The notes under the pieces: generated by a model | Seen by the model: only the letters and a program-made list of their open reading frames with translations | Told to the model about the DNA's origin: nothing | Database searches by the model: none | Part shown: positions 18,861-27,936 of the stretch, piece after piece | Layout: the number at the start of each line of letters is the position of its first letter | How positions within the stretch are numbered: the stretch's first letter is position 1 | Assembly (NCBI GenBank): GCA_022424815.1 | Contig: JAKMGS010000001.1 | Coordinates: 1-44,284, forward strand | From: Schleiferiaceae bacterium | Lineage (GTDB): Bacteria > Bacteroidota > Bacteroidia > Flavobacteriales > Schleiferiaceae | Direction of reading: 5' to 3' | Length of the DNA stretch: 44,284 bases | Position numbers and translations under genes: made by a program

Positions 18861-19720
18861 TGGCATTTAACGAGAATACAAACCGAAATAAAGCACGCAT
18901 TGGAACGATTGTTTTCCATGCTCTCCTATTGTTATGGTTTGCATTCTATGGACTCACCTACCAAGACCCGCCACCTGAAGAGGGGATTGCCATTAATTTT
19001 GGTTACCAAGATGATGGTGCAGGCAACACCTCACAAGCTAATCCTACTACACCTCCTCCCCCGGCTCCAGCGGAACCCGTAGAAGCACCGCAGGCTCAAG
19101 AAGAGGTCGTGACTCAGGACATTGATGAGGCACCAGTGATCAGCGAGCCTACAGAGGAAACCACTACGCAAACGCAAACCGCGCCTGTTCAAACACCGCA
19201 AAAGCCTGTTCAAGAACAAACGACCCCAGATCCCGAACCTGATCCTCAGCCCACAGAAGAGGAATTAGAACGTCAACGCAAACAAGATAGACTTAACCGA
19301 ATGTTTAACACTCAGAACCAAGGCAATGGTCAAGGAGAAGGTGAAACACAAGGCGGCGGCGATCAAGGAGACCCTAATGGCGATATTTTGAGTACTAACC
19401 GGACAGGTGATGGAGGAATAGGAAACAAAGGTCAATATTGGATGAACGGACGCCCCGTGAAAATCCCAGAGCCTGAAACTGGCTGTAATTATGAAGGTGT
19501 AGTGGTTATAAAAATTGCTGTGAATGCAGATGGCGAGGTTTACGAAGCGGAACTGGCTCCGAATAATCAAATACCAGCCGGTCTTGTCAAATCAAATTTT
19601 GGTTCCAACACCTGTTTGGTTAATAAAGCCAAAAAAGCCGCCAACGATTCAAAGTGGAGCGCAGATCCCGGAAATCTAAGACGGGTTGGTTTTATTGTTT
19701 ATCGTTTTGATTTGCAATGA
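18860..19720 (+). CDS. TonB-like energy transducer (Pro/Thr/Gln-rich linker, TonB-C-like domain)
   Basis: Has an N-terminal TM, a long PxP/Q-rich linker and a C-terminal block GVVVIKIAVNADGEV. Its start overlaps the ExbD stop. Confidence 0.6.
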   Translation: MAFNENTNRNKARIGTIVFHALLLLWFAFYGLTYQDPPPEEGIAINFGYQDDGAGNTSQANPTTPPPPAPAEPVEAPQAQEEVVTQDIDEAPVISEPTEETTTQTQTAPVQTPQKPVQEQTTPDPEPDPQPTEEELERQRKQDRLNRMFNTQNQGNGQGEGETQGGGDQGDPNGDILSTNRTGDGGIGNKGQYWMNGRPVKIPEPETGCNYEGVVVIKIAVNADGEVYEAELAPNNQIPAGLVKSNFGSNTCLVNKAKKAANDSKWSADPGNLRRVGFIVYRFDLQ

Positions 19721-20922
19721 CCTACGACGAAGCTGTACAATGGCTGTATAGCGCAGTGCCCAATTTTCAGCGCGACGGCGGAAACAAGAATTATAAAATT
19801 GGTCTAGAAGGTCCACAGGAGCTATGGTCCTATTTGGGCTATCCCACAACTGATATTCCAACTATTCACGTGGCCGGCACTAATGGCAAGGGATCAACGG
19901 TACATTTGATGGCATCCGGAATGCGTGAAATGGGATTGCGAGTGGGTGTGTTCTCATCGCCACATTTATTTGATTTTCGGGAGCGTGCAAAAATTGGAAC
20001 CACCAAAGTTCCTGAGTCCTTCATTATCGAATTTGTTTCCCAGCACCAAGACTTTTTCACCAAAGGTGGCTATAGCTTTTTTGAGCTTACTTTAATGCTG
20101 TCGCTACGTTGGTTCGAGGACGAAAAAGTGGACTGGATCATCTTAGAAACAGGAATGGGAGGAAGATTGGATGCCACCAACATCTGTAGGCCTGAACTCA
20201 CTATGATTACCAATATAGGCCTAGACCATGTGCAGTGGCTAGGTACAACTCGAGCGGCAATAGCAGCTGAAAAAGCTGGGATTATCAAAGCTGGTGTGCC
20301 GGCCGTTATCGTTCAAAAAGATTCAGAAACACAAGCCGTCTTTGAGCGCGTTGCGCATGATCAAAAAGCACCATTATTCTGGGCATCAGGATTTGAGTTT
20401 GAGAGCGATTTGCGAGGGGATTACCAGAAATACAATATCAATGGTGCGGCGACGGCCTTGGATTTACTCTTCCCGGAATACCAATCGGTTTGGTCTTTAG
20501 GTTTTGCTCGGGTAGTGACCAACACTGGCCTTCAAGGTCGGTGGATGATTATTGATCAGGAGCCAAGAACGGTCTGTGACACTGGCCATAACGGCCACGC
20601 ATTTTCCGAACTAGTCCCACAAGTACAACGTGAATGTGAAGGGACGATCCACTGGGTATTAGGCAGTGCAGGTGATAAGGATTTTAAAGAAGTCTTAGAA
20701 TTATTACCCATAGAAGGGTCCAAGTTTTATTGGACCGCCAGTACAAGTCCGAGAACTGCAGCTCCGGAAGTATTGGGCGAACTCGCCGCCAGCATGGGTC
20801 GGTATGGAAATCACTTCTCCTCGGTCCTAGAAGCCTGGGGTGCAGCAAAAAACAACGCTAAACCCAAGGACCTTATCTTTATTGGCGGCAGTACATTTGT
20901 CGTCGCAGACTTAGCATTATGA
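19717..20922 (+). CDS. folC: bifunctional folylpolyglutamate synthase / dihydrofolate synthase
   Basis: Has the Mur-ligase-type P-loop HVAGTNGKGST. Its start overlaps the upstream stop in an ATGA arrangement. Confidence 0.85.
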   Translation: MTYDEAVQWLYSAVPNFQRDGGNKNYKIGLEGPQELWSYLGYPTTDIPTIHVAGTNGKGSTVHLMASGMREMGLRVGVFSSPHLFDFRERAKIGTTKVPESFIIEFVSQHQDFFTKGGYSFFELTLMLSLRWFEDEKVDWIILETGMGGRLDATNICRPELTMITNIGLDHVQWLGTTRAAIAAEKAGIIKAGVPAVIVQKDSETQAVFERVAHDQKAPLFWASGFEFESDLRGDYQKYNINGAATALDLLFPEYQSVWSLGFARVVTNTGLQGRWMIIDQEPRTVCDTGHNGHAFSELVPQVQRECEGTIHWVLGSAGDKDFKEVLELLPIEGSKFYWTASTSPRTAAPEVLGELAASMGRYGNHFSSVLEAWGAAKNNAKPKDLIFIGGSTFVVADLAL

Positions 20923-21509
20923 AAAACCTCCTTATAGCTCTTATTACCTTAACCAGCTTGTATGCTCAAGGTCAAGTAGAAGAATTGAATCAACGCACTC
21001 AGCTATTTATTAGTGAAATAGAGGATAGATTCAAAGTAAAGTCCATCAACGGTAACGTACCAGATTACGGCGTATTACCAGAAACTGAATTTGTGCAGCA
21101 TGAATACTACCAGCTCAAGCAATTGGAGAAAGAGGTGAATGAACTGGGCAATAAAGTCAAGCCCACCTATCACCTCAGCACCTTTGCCTATGAGGATGAA
21201 GATGAAATCTTGTATGCGCTAAAGTTCTGGTTCAAGTCGTTTATAGGTGATAAACGCATGACCCCTGGACGTGATTACCGTACCGTAGACCATGTTGTAC
21301 CTGCTATTATTGTTATTGAAAAGAACTACATTTCCATCCTCACTTTGAGCTGTTATGCCACCGATATTGAAGAGTTCCGTCAATGGCGCAGTGATATGCT
21401 TGGGGTATTCGGCGGGCCAAATTCAATAGTGATTGAAATAGGCTGCAACGGACCTATCGAATGGACCAAAAATGCACCGGACCCAAAAGACACGAAGTGG
21501 CGCCGCTAA
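20919..21509 (+). CDS. hypothetical secreted protein
   Basis: Has a signal peptide (MKNLLIALITLTSLYAQGQ) and an ATGA overlap with folC. I recognise no family motif. Confidence 0.55.
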   Translation: MKNLLIALITLTSLYAQGQVEELNQRTQLFISEIEDRFKVKSINGNVPDYGVLPETEFVQHEYYQLKQLEKEVNELGNKVKPTYHLSTFAYEDEDEILYALKFWFKSFIGDKRMTPGRDYRTVDHVVPAIIVIEKNYISILTLSCYATDIEEFRQWRSDMLGVFGGPNSIVIEIGCNGPIEWTKNAPDPKDTKWRR

Positions 21510-23008
21510 CCACGCATGAGCAAGGCCTCTTTTAGATGCCCTAGTTCCATGCACTGTTCTTCTCCTAAATCCATGATGGTCATAGCGACACCAAGGACTT
21601 GGCGACGACCTCTAATGCTAATCCGAGATTCTACACAGTGCTCCACCAACCATCGGTAAACATTCTGAGGCACGAGTCCTGAAAATAATATTTCTTCTTC
21701 TGAAAGCTGAGCGTTTTGCTTGCCTTGTCTGCTCATTTGAATGGACCAAGCTTGGTGTACTCTCCGTTGTATCAAAGTGCTCGTCTCCGCAGCTTCGAAC
21801 TCCTGTCTTGGCGCGGTAATGGGCACGCAAATATCAAAGCGGTCGCGCAAGGCTGCTTGAAAGCGCTGGCGGTGATTTTCTAGCGCAATAGGCGTACACT
21901 TACAAGGTGTCTGACTATTGAAATGGCCACATGGACAAGGATTGGCGGCAGCAATACATTGAAAGGTATAAGAATCCATGGGCTTAAGTAATGCAGCACG
22001 AAAACGCTCCTTGTGTTTGAGTAATTCATCGACGATGAGAACACCTCCCAAGCTTTTAATCAAAGTGGGGACCTGCTGCGGCTTACTCGGTAGTGCATGT
22101 GCGGGTATATCGGATAAATCTTGAGCGCCCCTAGTGAAGGCTTCAATGGCATGTTCCATGAGTTCCGGGGAATTGCCAAATATGGAGGCCAATGATTGCT
22201 CCAATCGCAACGACTCACACGGACGGTCCCCCGCTCTTTTGCCTATAGCCTCACCTAAACTCTGAACCAAGGCCGTGGTACGGACATTCGGCGGCGGCAA
22301 TATCGTATGCATTCGCTCCAATAACATCGTCTTCCCCAATCCCGGCGAACCTTCTGTCCAAAGATGGTGACCGCCGGCTGCAGCCACCTCCAGCGCTCGC
22401 TTGAGCATTTCGTGGCCTTCGACTTGGGTAAAGCACAAGGCATCTTGTTGTGCGATTTGCCGTTGCTCGCTGGTGATGGGCATCTGTTGCCAGTCTTCAG
22501 CCTGTAGTACATCTATAGCGTCCTGGAGATGAACCGCTCTCCCGATGCGAAATCCCTTGGGCAACGGAGCTGTGAAGGAAAAATCCGCATCAAATTGTAA
22601 GATGATGCCCTTTTTGCCCAGCGCTATGGCCCGCGCTATGGCATTGTATGGATCGTTTGCCTTTAGGAGGGTGCCGTCCAAGCCCAGATTACCCACAATG
22701 AGGTATTGGTCGAGATCCGGAAGGTGCAGCTGGTCAGAGGCGGCAAGGATGCCTAGGGCGATGGCCAGGTCGAGTTCGTATTGGCGAATGGGAATGGGGG
22801 ATTCCTCACACTGAATGGTGATGCGCTGGCCGGGCCATCGCCAGCCATTCGAGCGCAGGGCGGTATAGACCCTATTCCGGATCTCGTTTCCAGGGCGTGC
22901 GGGGATGCCGAGCAGGTGGAACTTTATGCCGCGCGAAATATTAATTTGTAGTTGGAGCGGGGCGACACCAAGGGTGTGGGTGTGGCACGAATAGGTGGTA
23001 ATAAGCAT
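21506..23008 (-). CDS. comM: divergent YifB/ComM-family Mg-chelatase-like AAA+ protein
   Basis: The N-terminal Lon-like domain is recognisable (GIKFHLLGIP, LAIALGILAASDQ). Walker A GSPGLGKT, Walker B VLIVDE, AAANPCPCG and DRFD are present. The RPFRxPHH block and about 15 aa before the NPCPCG block look altered or absent. Confidence 0.7.
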   Translation of the reverse strand: MLITTYSCHTHTLGVAPLQLQINISRGIKFHLLGIPARPGNEIRNRVYTALRSNGWRWPGQRITIQCEESPIPIRQYELDLAIALGILAASDQLHLPDLDQYLIVGNLGLDGTLLKANDPYNAIARAIALGKKGIILQFDADFSFTAPLPKGFRIGRAVHLQDAIDVLQAEDWQQMPITSEQRQIAQQDALCFTQVEGHEMLKRALEVAAAGGHHLWTEGSPGLGKTMLLERMHTILPPPNVRTTALVQSLGEAIGKRAGDRPCESLRLEQSLASIFGNSPELMEHAIEAFTRGAQDLSDIPAHALPSKPQQVPTLIKSLGGVLIVDELLKHKERFRAALLKPMDSYTFQCIAAANPCPCGHFNSQTPCKCTPIALENHRQRFQAALRDRFDICVPITAPRQEFEAAETSTLIQRRVHQAWSIQMSRQGKQNAQLSEEEILFSGLVPQNVYRWLVEHCVESRISIRGRRQVLGVAMTIMDLGEEQCMELGHLKEALLMRG

Positions 23009-23015
23009 GGGCGTT

Positions 23016-23038
23016 GGGTTTCCAAATAAATTGGACCC
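23016..23038 (-). promoter_or_regulatory. near-palindromic element GGGTCCAATTTATTTGGAAACCC, 7 nt upstream of the comM-like ATG
   Basis: The minus strand reads GGGTCCAATT-TATT-TGGAAACCC. It is nearly identical to the element at 31371-31396 upstream of radC. Confidence 0.5.
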
Positions 23039-23076
23039 TCATTCTCAGACTTCCAAAAAGTGTGAAAAAGTAAAAG

Positions 23077-24126
23077 TTATTCGCCCTGCTTATTCGCGAG
23101 CTGCCCACAAGCTGCGTCGATATCTTGACCGCGGGAATGACGCACGGTAGCTATAATACGATGCTCCTCCAAGATTCGTTTATACATATCCACGGCCTCT
23201 TGCGATGCCTGCGTGTACGGCCCATTGTCGATGGGATTGTACTGAATGATATTCACCTTTGTCGGTATGGCGCCACAAAACTTGGCGAGGGCGATGGCAT
23301 CGGCCTCCTCGTCGTTGATTCCACGCCAAATCACATATTCAAAGGTCACTCCGCGACCTGTATTGGCGTACCAATACTGCAGACTCTCACGCAAATCCGC
23401 GAGCGTGGTGCTCTTGTGTGCGAGCGGCATGAGTTTGGCGCGCTTTTCTTCGATGGCGCTGTGCAAGGAAATGGCGAGACCAAATTTGACCTGATCGTCC
23501 GCCATTTTTTTAATGAGCTTAGGAACGCCAATGGTGCTGAGCGTGATGCGCTTTGGCGACATGCCCAATCCTTTGGGATCGGTAATTTTATCAATGGCCT
23601 GCAGAACGTTATTATAGTTCAATAACGGCTCCCCCATACCCATAAACACAATGTTGGTCAACGGGCGGTCGAAGTATTCCTTACCCTGCTCATCGATCAC
23701 GACGACTTGGTCGTAAATCTCGTCCGGGGTGAGGTTACGCATACGTTTGAGTCCGGCGGTGGCACAGAAAGTACAATCGAGGCTACACCCTACTTGCGAA
23801 CTTACACAAGCGGTAATGCGCTTCTCGGTTGGGATGAGTACAGATTCCACCATGGCCCCATCGTGCAGCTTCACCGCATTTTTGATGGTGCCGTCTTTCG
23901 AACGCTGCATGAGGTCGACCTCCAGGAGATTGAAAAAGAAATGTTCTTCGAGTAGGGCTCGGGTGGATTTGCTCAGGTTGGTCATCTCGTCAAACGACGA
24001 AGCACTCTTTTGCCACAGCCACTGATAGACTTGCTTGGCGCGAAAGGCTTTTTCGCCATTGGCCTCAAAGAATTGGACCATCTGATCCTGAGATAAGCTA
24101 CGTATGTCCCTTTTGGCGGTTTCCAT
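23077..24126 (-). CDS. rlmN: 23S rRNA/tRNA (adenine-C2)-methyltransferase RlmN (radical SAM)
   Basis: Contains the radical-SAM cluster CSLDCTFCAT, GMGEPLLN and the C-terminal DIDAACGQL. Confidence 0.9.
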   Translation of the reverse strand: METAKRDIRSLSQDQMVQFFEANGEKAFRAKQVYQWLWQKSASSFDEMTNLSKSTRALLEEHFFFNLLEVDLMQRSKDGTIKNAVKLHDGAMVESVLIPTEKRITACVSSQVGCSLDCTFCATAGLKRMRNLTPDEIYDQVVVIDEQGKEYFDRPLTNIVFMGMGEPLLNYNNVLQAIDKITDPKGLGMSPKRITLSTIGVPKLIKKMADDQVKFGLAISLHSAIEEKRAKLMPLAHKSTTLADLRESLQYWYANTGRGVTFEYVIWRGINDEEADAIALAKFCGAIPTKVNIIQYNPIDNGPYTQASQEAVDMYKRILEEHRIIATVRHSRGQDIDAACGQLANKQGE

Positions 24127-24146
24127 GTGGCAAAGATAGCGAAGCC

Positions 24147-25007
24147 TTAAGGCATATCGCGCTCTACGAGGTAGCCCATTTTACCCATTTGATAATCGCG
24201 CATGGCCTCCATGATTTCCGTTTGACTGTTCATCACGAAGGGACCATAGGTTTCCAATTTCTCTTGAATAGGCGCCGCACTCACAAAAAGAAGCTTGGTC
24301 GGCGTTGAAGGAATGAGGGTATGATGCCCTGGGACCAATTCATATAAAAAGTGCTCCTCCACCATGCCGTACCCTTCTAATCTACCGCCGCCGCTAAGCG
24401 AGTACAACAATCCATGTTCGCCTTCTTTCACCTCAAAAGTCACCGCCGCATCTGCCGCAGCCGTGCCGTGCACGCTAGAGATAGGATAGGCGCTCTGAAG
24501 CGGCCCCTTAGGACCACCTGCGATAGGAGTTCCAGCCGAAATGCGCAGGTCTTGATGACCCGCAACTTCTGGCATTTCATCTTTTTGCAACGGAATATAA
24601 TTGGGCTCCATGCCCTTGGCACGTTTGGGCAGGTTGATCCAAATCTGTACGATCTCCTGCATCCCACCTTCCTCGCAAAGCTTGGCTGGCGGACGTTCAG
24701 AGTGGATAATGCCCATACCTACGTCCATCCATTGTACGCCGCCATCATCGACCACACTGTTGTTGCCTCGGCTATCTCGATGGTGTACCCCGCCTTCCCA
24801 CATGAAGGTCACCGGCGTAAACCCGCGGTGCGGATGCGGCCCTACCCCTGCATTCCAGCGGTCCGTCCCCGGCTCCACGAAATTCGCGTGGTGGTGGATC
24901 AGCAGAAAAGGGTCGATATGTTCGACTTGTTGTGTAGGCAAGGGTTGCTTGAGGGGATGCTCCCCCATCATCACGTCGTAGGCTTGAATGGCTCTTTTCA
25001 CAGACAT
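24147..25007 (-). CDS. pirin family protein
   Basis: The cupin motif HPHRGFTPVTFMWEG is characteristic of pirins. Confidence 0.85.
   Translation of the reverse strand: MSVKRAIQAYDVMMGEHPLKQPLPTQQVEHIDPFLLIHHHANFVEPGTDRWNAGVGPHPHRGFTPVTFMWEGGVHHRDSRGNNSVVDDGGVQWMDVGMGIIHSERPPAKLCEEGGMQEIVQIWINLPKRAKGMEPNYIPLQKDEMPEVAGHQDLRISAGTPIAGGPKGPLQSAYPISSVHGTAAADAAVTFEVKEGEHGLLYSLSGGGRLEGYGMVEEHFLYELVPGHHTLIPSTPTKLLFVSAAPIQEKLETYGPFVMNSQTEIMEAMRDYQMGKMGYLVERDMP
24331..24340 (+). repeat. GGGACCAATT motif copy (in the pirin gene, antisense; sense reads L-V-P)
   Basis: Exact 10-mer read directly. Confidence 0.9.
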
Positions 25008-25008
25008 A

Positions 25009-25713
25009 TTATGCGTTTAAAATAATTGGGACCAATTCTTCCAAATGGGCAATCTCAAAAGTCAATTTCTCGTGGTGAGGCACCTGCTTAGGGTTGAAAT
25101 AGACCTGGTCAATGCCCTGCTCCCTCGCCCCAACGCAATCCGCAATGAGGTTATCACCGATCATCAAACTCTCCTTGCGCTCAGCACCGGTGAGCCGGAG
25201 GGCGCGGCGGAAAATCTTTGGATCCGGCTTGTTTACCCCCACTTGGTCACTGCAGAGCAACAAATCAAAAAGCGGCTCGAGACCACTTTCGGCAAATTTG
25301 ATGTTTTGACTTTCGTGAAAACCATTGGTTATGACATGTAAAACACAGCCTGCTGCTTTTAGTTCTTGCAATACCTCAGCGGCACTTTCAATCAAGTGGT
25401 TTTGATAGGGCGTTTCCTTAATGTAGCGGAGTTCCATCTCCCAGGCCACATCCTTAGCGCTCACCCCAAAATGCTCGAAAGTTTCGCGAAATCTAGTTTC
25501 ACGAAGGGTTTGCTTATCAATGGCCCCGGCGCGGTACAGATCCCATTTCAGGTCATTGATGGTGATGTATTTATCGAAGAACTGCTCGAAACTGGGTAAC
25601 CCTAAACCCGGCAATCCTAAATCTGCATAGAGGTTGCGCAGGGACATTTCAGAGTTTTTCTCGAAGTCCCAAAGGGTATGATCCCAATCAAAGAAGAGGT
25701 GTTTGTATTTCAC
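25009..25713 (-). CDS. HAD-superfamily hydrolase (YjjG-like nucleotidase/phosphatase)
   Basis: HAD motif I FFDWDHTLWDF, motif II ITNG and motif IV GDNLIADCVGA are present. I prefer GTG 25713, which forms a GTGA overlap with the upstream stop and puts DxD near the N-terminus. The alternative is ATG at 25752. Confidence 0.75.
   Translation of the reverse strand: MKYKHLFFDWDHTLWDFEKNSEMSLRNLYADLGLPGLGLPSFEQFFDKYITINDLKWDLYRAGAIDKQTLRETRFRETFEHFGVSAKDVAWEMELRYIKETPYQNHLIESAAEVLQELKAAGCVLHVITNGFHESQNIKFAESGLEPLFDLLLCSDQVGVNKPDPKIFRRALRLTGAERKESLMIGDNLIADCVGAREQGIDQVYFNPKQVPHHEKLTFEIAHLEELVPIILNA
25028..25037 (+). repeat. GGGACCAATT motif copy (in the HAD gene 3' end, antisense; sense reads L-V-P)
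   Basis: Exact 10-mer read directly. It is embedded in AATTGG-GA-CCAATT. Confidence 0.9.
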
Positions 25714-26642
25714 GAACGTGTGGTTTTGGGTTTTCGCCAACGCAGGTACCAAGGCAGGTTATTCTCTACGTGGAAATAGAAAGGTTCATCATGGGCGCCA
25801 AAGCCGCTGTAGAAGCGCGCCAATCCAGGAATGCTACTTCCTTCAAAATCCAATATATGGTCAGAGCCTGCGTGAAGGTGAATCATTTGATCGATGAGTA
25901 AGGTCGGTGCGCCACATTCTTTGCCGTAGCTCGAACTGGCGTTGAGCAAGAGGGTGGAACGACCATGGAATTGGACCCAAATCTGACCAGCAACCAGAGT
26001 ATTTCCCTCATCATATACGGCCAGCAGTACGCCTCTTTTCTGGTACAAGCAAAACTCCAAGACCTTGGCTAAACTATCGATGTTTTCAGCGGTAATAGCG
26101 GTCTTGTCCTGGGTATTGTGCTTCCATAAGCGCACGACATCTTGAGTAGTAGCCCATTGCGCAGATTCCAAGGAACTCTTTTGTGCCTTTTTCAGGTTGC
26201 GCTTGGTCTGCGCACTATATCCAGTGGCTAATTCCTCATACGAGGCCTTGGTGGACAAAATAAAATTTGAATACTTCTCAGGGGTCCAATGGGACGGGAA
26301 AGCCACGCCGGGTGAAAGAAAGAATTCCCCGTAGGCAAAATGTTTCATCGCTTCCTCCATCAACGCTTCTACCCACTGTGAGGACAACGGAATGGTCGAA
26401 TACGGGCCTACAGCCTGTGTCCCATAAGGACGCGTGGTAAAAGAAATGCCGTTTTTCTCTCTTGGAAACAACGGAAAAACCACTTCGTAATCCCCATAAA
26501 TAAGCGCATCCCAGGTTGGGGCTACCCAATTCAGGTACCAGCTAAATCCATAAGGTTGCGGATGTGCTGTGGCAGCCACACATCGATCCCAACGTTCGAA
26601 ATCGATCTCGGCATGTGGAATGTACTTAAGGTTTGGCCGCAT
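25710..26642 (-). CDS. FemAB-like / BioF2-like GNAT acyl(aminoacyl)transferase family protein
   Basis: The N-terminus EIDFERWDRCV...YGFSWYLNWVAPTWDALIYGDYEVVFPL resembles the FemAB-related GNAT proteins of polysaccharide loci. Start taken at MRPNLKY (26642). The assignment rests on motif memory only. Confidence 0.5.
   Translation of the reverse strand: MRPNLKYIPHAEIDFERWDRCVAATAHPQPYGFSWYLNWVAPTWDALIYGDYEVVFPLFPREKNGISFTTRPYGTQAVGPYSTIPLSSQWVEALMEEAMKHFAYGEFFLSPGVAFPSHWTPEKYSNFILSTKASYEELATGYSAQTKRNLKKAQKSSLESAQWATTQDVVRLWKHNTQDKTAITAENIDSLAKVLEFCLYQKRGVLLAVYDEGNTLVAGQIWVQFHGRSTLLLNASSSYGKECGAPTLLIDQMIHLHAGSDHILDFEGSSIPGLARFYSGFGAHDEPFYFHVENNLPWYLRWRKPKTTRS
25969..25978 (-). repeat. GGGTCCAATT motif copy (in the FemAB-like gene, read as V-Q-F)
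   Basis: Exact 10-mer read directly. Confidence 0.9.
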
Positions 26643-27936
26643 CAATAAAGGATTTATAGACCTCAGCCCAGCCCTTCCATTGGGGCTCAAATTCACTAAA
26701 CGTGCGGTTGTGCCAAACCGAGATTAACGTGCCGCCAACGGCTTTCACCACGGGTACCCATTGCTTCATCCCTGCCAAGGCTTCCTCTGCACCAACATTC
26801 AAATAGGTGTCCCCATAATAGGTCACGTCCATGAAGGCGAAAGGATGAAGGTTGAGCGGCAACTCCATCTCTAGTTCAACGTCGTAAAAGGTGTATGCCG
26901 AAGCGATGCTCGCACGGAACCCGGGCAATTCGGTGTACCCCATGCTGTGTTCGTCTTTAATGCCCAATTCTATCAAATTTCTGAATGTATGCGGCGTTCG
27001 CATGCGCAGGTAATGTTGTCGACTTTGCGTTACTGGTCGACGGACCACATCCTGCAACATCTGACGTTCATTGCCGACCACTTCCAAATCGCTATTCGAT
27101 GCGTAGCTCGGATGAATACCTAGCATAGCCCAATCTGCAATCTCTCTCAAAGTAATAGCAGCATCCTTACTATAAGGACTTACATTGCGATCTTTAGGTC
27201 CAAACTCCGCAAAGAGCATGAAGTACAATGCCTTCACATCCGAGCTCTTGTTCCAGTTACGCTGTTTTCTAAACGTATCATAGGGATCCCGGCGCCAATT
27301 TGATAGCGCTAAGGCTCTCATGCGAAACATCTTCAAATTAAATGTTATCAGATCTTTCGCAAATGCACCCACCGTTCGTAAAGCACCCTTTCCCTTGAAA
27401 GCAAACAGGTTATCAATATCAACGGTGGTCAAGTATTGGTAGCGCTGGCTTAAATCAAAAGAAGCCTCGAACCAAAGCTTGCCCAAGGCCAGCGCCCATT
27501 CATTGACCACTGGACGTTCCAAAAATTCATTCTTAAAAGCAAAACTCTCCTTGGCTGGAAAGCGTCCATGTACATCCGCAATAAAAGGGAGGTATTCCTC
27601 ATATCGCGACACCAAGAAAAAGGTGGCCGCAATAGGATCGAAAGGCAAATCGCCTACCTGACGTTGACATACGGTAGGAATCCCTTCCCATTGTCCAGCA
27701 TAGAGCTCTTGCTCCACGATATCCTGTTCCCAAATAAGTTTATGAGGAAGGATCTGAAAGATCCCTTCCATCGGGGTAGCGCTATAGTTGATTCTAAACC
27801 CCTCGGCTTGATCGAACGCTTCCATTTCCTTGTACACCACATACGACACGCCCATAGCCTTGCTCAGCAAAACCTTGGTCGCCCACCTAAACCGCGGACT
27901 ATCCTGCGTCGTATATATGGCTACTACGGCATCCAT
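26626..27936 (-). CDS. polysaccharide-deacetylase-like (CE4-related) protein with an N-terminal extra domain
   Basis: The block ATFFLVSRYEEY is followed by CE4-like motifs TVDIDN, GIHPSY, SRQHYLRM and VWHN. This is a tentative family call. Confidence 0.45.
   Translation of the reverse strand: MDAVVAIYTTQDSPRFRWATKVLLSKAMGVSYVVYKEMEAFDQAEGFRINYSATPMEGIFQILPHKLIWEQDIVEQELYAGQWEGIPTVCQRQVGDLPFDPIAATFFLVSRYEEYLPFIADVHGRFPAKESFAFKNEFLERPVVNEWALALGKLWFEASFDLSQRYQYLTTVDIDNLFAFKGKGALRTVGAFAKDLITFNLKMFRMRALALSNWRRDPYDTFRKQRNWNKSSDVKALYFMLFAEFGPKDRNVSPYSKDAAITLREIADWAMLGIHPSYASNSDLEVVGNERQMLQDVVRRPVTQSRQHYLRMRTPHTFRNLIELGIKDEHSMGYTELPGFRASIASAYTFYDVELEMELPLNLHPFAFMDVTYYGDTYLNVGAEEALAGMKQWVPVVKAVGGTLISVWHNRTFSEFEPQWKGWAEVYKSFIDAAKP

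Noticed and set aside
19040-19300. Pro/Thr/Gln/Glu-rich low-complexity stretch
   Set aside because: This is the expected periplasm-spanning linker of a TonB-like protein, not a repeat element or a CRISPR-like structure.
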